64,000 nt of DNA, taken from positions 116,064,001 through 116,128,000 of the forward strand of contig OZ024744.1 in the NCBI GenBank assembly GCA_964016885.1. Reading direction: 5' to 3'. Position numbers and translations under genes: made by a program. Source of the stretch: Eledone cirrhosa. Its lineage: Eukaryota. Below the pieces are notes generated by a model. That model was not told the DNA's origin, did not search any database, and saw only the letters and a program-made list of their open reading frames with translations. Positions 57,801 through 64,000 of this stretch are shown one piece after another. Within the stretch, counting starts at the first letter, position 1; every line of letters begins with the position of its first letter.

Positions 57801-59959
57801 TATCTTGTCTCTCTCTCTATATGTATATAATGTCTCTCATATCTTGTCTCTCTCTCTCTATATATATAATGTCTCTCATATCTTGTCTCTCTCTCTCTAT
57901 ATATATAATGTCTCTCATATCTTGTCTCTCTCTCTCTATATATATATAATGTCTCTCATATCTTATCTCTCTCTCTATATATATAATGTCTCTCATATCT
58001 TGTCTCTCTCTCTCTATATATATATAATGTCTCTCATATCTTGTCTCTCTCTCTATATGTATATAATGTCTCTCATATCTTGTCCCTCTCTCTCTATATA
58101 TATAATGTCTCTCATAGCTTGTCTCTCTCCCTCTCTCTCTATATAATGTCTCTCATATCTTGTCTCTCTCTCTATATATATATATAATGTCTCTCATATC
58201 TTGTCTCTCTCTCTATATATATAATGTCTCTCATATCTTGTCTCTCTCTCTATATACATATAATGTCTCTCATATCTTGTCTCTCTCTCTATATATATAA
58301 TGTCTCTCATATCTTGTCTCTCTCTCTCTCTATATATATATAATGTCTCTCATATCTTGTCTCTCTCTCTCTATATATATAATGTCTCTCATATCTTGTC
58401 CCTCTCTCTCTATAAATAATGTTTCTCATATCTTGTCCCTCTCTCTCTATATATATATAATGTCTCTCATATCTTGTCTCTCTCTCTATATATATAATGT
58501 CTCTCATATCTTGTCTCTCTCTCTATATATATATATAATGTCTCTCATATCTTGTCTTTCTCTCTATATATATAATGTCTCTCATATCTTATCTCTCTCT
58601 CTCTATATATATAAAATGCCTCTCATATCTTGTCTCTCTCTCTCTCTATATATATATATATAATGTCTCTCATATCTTGTCTCTCTCTCTCTATATATAA
58701 TGTCTCTCATATCTTATCTCTCTCTCTCTATATATATATAATGTCTCTCATATCTTGTCTCTGTCTCTCTATATATATATAATGTCTCTCATATCTTGTC
58801 TCTCTCTCTCTCTATATATATGTAATGTCTCCCGTATCTTGTCTCTCTCTCTATATATATAATGTCTCTCATATCTTGTCTCTCTCTCTATATGTATATA
58901 ATGTCTCTCATATCTTGTCTCTCTCTCTCTATATATATAATGTCTCTCATATCTTGTCTCTCTCTCTATATATATATAATGTCTCTCATATCTTGTCTCT
59001 CTCTCTATATATATATAATGTCTCTCATATCTTATCTCTCTCTCTATATATATAATGTCTCTCATATCTTGTCTCTCTCTCTCTATATATATATAATGTC
59101 TCTCATATCTTGTCTCTCTCTCTATATGTATATAATGTCTCTCATATCTTGTCCCTCTCTCTCTATATATATAATGTCTCTCATAGCTTGTCTCTCTCCT
59201 CTCTCTCTATATAATGTCTGTCATATCTTGTTTCTCTCTCTATATATTTATATAATGTCTCTCATATCTTGTCTCTCTCTCTATATATATAATGTCTCTC
59301 ATATCTTGTCTCTCTCTCTATATACATATAATGTCTCTCATATCTTGTCTCTCTCTCTATATATATAATGTCTCTCATATCTTGTCTCTCTCTCTCTCTA
59401 TATATATATAATGTCTCTCATATCTTGTCTCTCTCTCTCTATATATATAATGTCTCTCATATCTTGTCCCTCTCTCTCTATAAATAATGTTTCTCATATC
59501 TTGTCCCTCTCTCTCTATATATATATAATGTCTCTCATATCTTGTCTCTCTCTCTATATATATAATGTCTCTCATATCTTGTCTCTCTCTCTATATATAT
59601 ATATAATGTCTCTCATATCTTGTCTCTCTCTCTATATATATATAATGTCTCTCATATCTTGTCTCTCTCTATATATATAATGTCTCTCATATCTTGTCTC
59701 TCTCTCTATATATATAATGTCTCTTATATCTTGTCCCTCTCTCTCTATAAATAATGTTTCTCATATCTTGTCCCTCTCTCTCTATATATATAATGTCTCT
59801 CATATCTTGTCTCTCTCTCTATATATATAATGTCTCTCATATCTTGTCTCTCTCTCTATATATATATATAATGTCTCTCATATCTTGTCTTTCTCTCTAT
59901 ATATATAATGTCTCTCATATCTTATCTCTCTCTCTCTATATATATAAAATGCCTCTCAT

Positions 59960-62900
59960 ATCTTGTCTCTCTCTCTCTCTATATATATATATATAATGTC
60001 TCTCATATCTTGTCTCTCTCTATATATATATAATGTCTCTCATATCTTGTCTCTCTCTCTCTATATATATAATGTCTCTCATATCTTGTCTCTCTCTATA
60101 TATATATAATATCTCTCATATCTTGTCACTCTCTCTATATATATATATAATGTCTCTCATATCTTGTCTCTCTCTCTCTATATATATATAATGTCTCTCA
60201 TATCTTGTCTCTCTCCCTATATATACAATGTCTCTCATATCTTGTCTCTCTCTCTATATATATATAATGTCTCTCATATCTTGTCTCTCTCTCTATATAT
60301 ATATAATGTCTCTCATATCTGGTCTCTCTCTCTATATATATAATGTCTCTCATATCTTATCTCTCTCTCTATATATATATAAAGTCTCTCATATCTTGTC
60401 TCTCTCTCTATATATAATGTCTCTCATATCTTGTCTCTCTCTCTATATATATATAATGTCTCTCATATCTTGTCTCTCTCTCTATATATATAATGTCTCT
60501 CATATCTTGTCTCTCTCTATATATATATAATGTCTCTCATATCTTGTCTCTCTCTATATATATAATGTCTCTCATATCTTGTCTCTCTCTCTATATATAT
60601 ATAATATCTCTCATATCTCGTCTCTCTCTCTCTCTATATATATAATGTCTCTCATATCTTGTCTCTCTCTCTCTCTATATATATAATGTCTCTCATAGCC
60701 TGTCTCTCTCTCTCTCTATATATATAATGTCTCTCATATCTTGTCTCTCTCTCTATATATATAATGTCTCTCATAACTTGTCTCTCTGTCTCTCTCTATA
60801 TATAATGTCTCTCATAACTTGTCTCTCTCCTTATATATATAATGTCTCTCATATCTTGTCTCTCTCTCTATATATATAATGTCTCTCATATCTTGTCTCT
60901 CTCTCTCTATATATAATGTCTATCATATCTTGTCTCTCTCTCTCTATATATATAATGTCCCTCATATCTTGTCTCTCTCTCTATATATATATAATGTCTC
61001 TCATATCTTGTCTCTCTCTATATATATAATGTCTCTCATATCTTGTCACTCTCTCTATATATATAATGTCTCTTATATCTTGTCCCTCTCTCTCTATAAA
61101 TAATGTTTCTCATATCTTGTCCCTCTCTCTCTATATATATATAATGTCTCTCATATCTTGTCTCTCTCTCTATATATATAATGTCTCTCATATCTTGTCT
61201 CTCTCTCTATATATATATATAATGTCTCTCATATCTTGTCTTTCTCTCTATATATATAATGTCTCTCATATCTTATCTCTCTCTCTCTATATATATAAAA
61301 TGCCTCTCATATCTTGTCTCTCTCTCTCTCTATATATATATATATAATGTCTCTCATATCTTGTCTCTCTCTCTATATATATAATGTCTCTCATATCTTA
61401 TCTCTCTCTCTATATATATATATAATGTCTCTCATATCTTGTCTCTGTCTCTCTATATATATATAATGTCTCTCATATCTTGTCTCTCTCTCTCTATATA
61501 TATATGTAATGTCTCTCGTATCTTGTCTCTCTCTCTATATATATAATCTCTATCATATCTTGTCTCTCTCTCTCTCTATATATAATGTCTCTCATAGCTT
61601 GTCTCTCTCCCTCTCTCTCTATATAATGTCTCTCATATCTTGTCTCTCTCTCTATATATATATAATGTCTCTCATATCTTGTCTCTCTCTCACTATATAT
61701 ATAATGTCTCTCATATCTTATCTCTCTCTCTATATATATAATGTCTCTCATATCTTGTCTCTCTCTCTCTATATATATATATAATGTCTCTCATATCTTG
61801 TCTCTCTCTATATATATATAATGTCTCTCATATCTTGTCTCTCTCTCTCTATATATATAATGTCTCTCATATCTTGTCTCTCTCTATATATATATAATAT
61901 CTCTCATATCTTGTCACTCTCTCTATATATATATATAATGTCTCTCATATCTTGTCTCTCTCTCTCTCTATATATATAATGTCTCTCATATCTTGTCTCT
62001 CTCCCTATATATACAATGTCTCTCATATCTTGTCTCTCTCTCTATATATATATAATGTCTCTCATATCTTGTCTCTCTCTCTATATATATATAATGTCTC
62101 TCATATCTGGTCTCTCTCTCTATATATATAATGTCTCTCATATCTTATCTCTCTCTCTATATATATATAAAGTCTCTCATATCTTGTCTCTCTCTCTATA
62201 TATAATGTCTCTCATATCTTGTCTCTCTCTCTATATATATATAATGTCTCTCATATCTTGTCTCTCTCTCTATATATATAATGTCTCTCATATCTTGTCT
62301 CTCTCTATATATATATAATGTCTCTCATATCTTGTCTCTCTCTATATATATAATGTCTCTCATATCTTGTCTCTCTCTCTATATATATATAATATCTCTC
62401 ATATCTCGTCTCTCTCTCTCTCTATATATATAATGTCTCTCATATCTTGTCTCTCTCTCTCTCTATATATATAATGTCTCTCATAGCCTGTCTCTCTCTC
62501 TCTCTATATATAATGTCTCTCATATCTTGTCTCTCTCTCTATATATATAATGTCTCTCATAACTTGTCTCTCTGTCTCTCTCTATATATAATGTCTCTCA
62601 TAACTTGTCTCTCTCCTTATATATATAATGTCTCTCATATCTTGTCTCTCTCTCTATATATATAATGTCTCTCATATCTTGTCTCTCTCTCTCTATATAT
62701 AATGTCTATCATATCTTGTCTCTCTCTCTCTATATATATAATGTCCCTCATATCTTGTCTCTCTCTCTATATATATATAATGTCTCTCATATCTTGTCTC
62801 TCTCTATATATATAATGTCTCTCATATCTTGTCACTCTCTCTATATATATAATGTCTCTTATATCTTGTCCCTCTCTCTCTATAAATAATGTTTCTCATA

Positions 62901-63560
62901 TCTTGTCCCTCTCTCTCTATATATATATAATGTCTCTCATATCTTGTCTCTCTCTCTATATATATAATGTCTCTCATATCTTGTCTCTCTCTCTCTATAT
63001 ATATATAATGTCTCTCATATCTTGTCTTTCTCTCTATATATATAATGTCTCTCATATCTTATCTCTCTCTCTCTCTATATATAAAATGCCTCTCATATCT
63101 TGTCTCTCTCTCTCTCTCTATATATATATATAATGTCTCTCATATCTTGTCTCTCTCTCTATATATATAATGTCTCTCATATCTTATCTCTCTCTCTATA
63201 TATATATATAATGTCTCTCATATCTTGTCTCTGTCTCTCTATATATATATAATGTCTCTCATATCTTGTCTCTCTCTCTCTCTATATATATGTAATGTCT
63301 CTCGTATCTTGTCTCTCTCTCTATATATATAATCTCTATCATATCTTGTCTCTCTCTCTCTCTATATATAATGTCTCTCATAGCTTGTCTCTCTCCCTCT
63401 CTCTCTATATAATGTCTCTCATATCTTGTCTCTCTCTCTATATATATATAATGTCTCTCATATCTTGTCTCTCTCTCACTATATATATAATGTCTCTCAT
63501 ATCTTATCTCTCTCTCTATATATATAATGTCTCTCATATCTTGTCTCTCTCTCTCTATAT
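59960..63560. repeat. Higher-order tandem duplication, ~1.79 kb period
   Basis: 60228/62016 (+1788); 60879/62665, 61066/62852 and 61509/63295 (+1786). Both copies share private markers ATCTGGTC, AATCTCTATC and CTCACTAT. Confidence 0.93.
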
Positions 63561-64000
63561 ATATATAATGTCTCTCATATCTTGTCTCTCTCTCTATATG
63601 TATATAATGTCTCTCATATCTTGTCCCTCTCTCTCTATATATATAATGTCTCTCATAGCTTGTCTCTCTCCCTCTCTCTCTATATAATGTCTCTCATATC
63701 TTGTCTCTCTCTCTATATATATATATTCTCTCATATCTTGTCTCTCTCTCTATATATATAATGTCTCTCATATCTTGTCTCTCTCTCTATATACCTATAA
63801 TGTCTCTCATATCTTGTCTCTCTCTCTATATATATAATGTCTCTCATATCTTGTCTCTCTCTCTCTCTATATATATATAATGTCTCTCATATCTTGTCTC
63901 TCTCTCTCTATATATATAATGTCTCTCATATCTTGTCCCTCTCTCTCTATAAATAATGTTTCTCATATCTTGTCCCTCTCTCTCTCTATATATATAATGT

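Larger units (their letters stand above)
1..64000. repeat. Tandem satellite/minisatellite array, monomer AATGTCTCTCATATCTTG(TC)n T(AT)m, ~35-43 bp, head-to-tail, running off both window edges
   Basis: AATG heads at 25, 60, 97, 136, 175 (units of 35, 37, 39, 39 bp). The same pattern continues on every line to 64000 with no unique sequence and no inverted units. Confidence 0.99.

Noticed and set aside
40-63687. Hundreds of short ORFs (MSLISCLSLYIY..., YNVSHIL..., MRDIIYIERE...)
   Set aside because: These are direct translations of the repeat. They change frame with each 2-bp length variant, never exceed 191 aa, and show no domain or codon structure.
1-64000. CRISPR-like layout of constant repeat plus variable spacer
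   Set aside because: The variable parts are only (TC)n(TA)m rather than unique spacers. The 18-bp head is too short and not palindromic, and there are no cas genes or leader.
1-64000. Telomeric repeat
   Set aside because: No G-run motif, a variable-length unit, and no chromosome end is visible. A subtelomeric location cannot be tested here.
1-64000. Pure sequencing artefact or rolling-circle concatemer
   Set aside because: Rare variants recur in conserved order in nested blocks of many different periods, which fits evolutionary history better than random error or one circular template. Individual duplications could still be assembly errors.
1-64000. Cruciform or H-DNA elements from (TA)m and (TC)n tracts
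   Set aside because: Individual tracts are only ~8-15 bp, short for stable structures, and the sequence alone gives no evidence that they form.
1-64000. Transposon insertions or inversions
   Set aside because: I saw no foreign sequence, terminal repeats, target-site duplications or GA-rich reversed units anywhere.

Overview
The whole 64 kb is one uninterrupted, single-orientation satellite DNA array, most likely eukaryotic heterochromatin; the organism cannot be identified from the sequence. The monomer is a fixed 18-bp head, AATGTCTCTCATATCTTG, followed by a compound microsatellite tail, (TC)4-7 plus T(AT)2-7. Units are mostly 35-43 bp (37 and 39 commonest), giving roughly 1,650-1,700 copies by estimate. 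The 37-bp consensus is about 30% GC and 73% pyrimidine on the + strand. I see no credible genes, RNA genes, transposons or CRISPR arrays, and every ORF in the track is a translation of the repeat. The real structure is in the order of variant monomers. It reveals a recurring ~17-monomer cassette, overlapping tandem duplications of 1.8-6.1 kb, non-adjacent copies up to ~50 kb apart, and a subfamily switch near 50 kb. Duplication offsets come from matching ORFs in the track and marker variants read by eye, so block boundaries are approximate (about +/-100 bp). I found no novel coding system.
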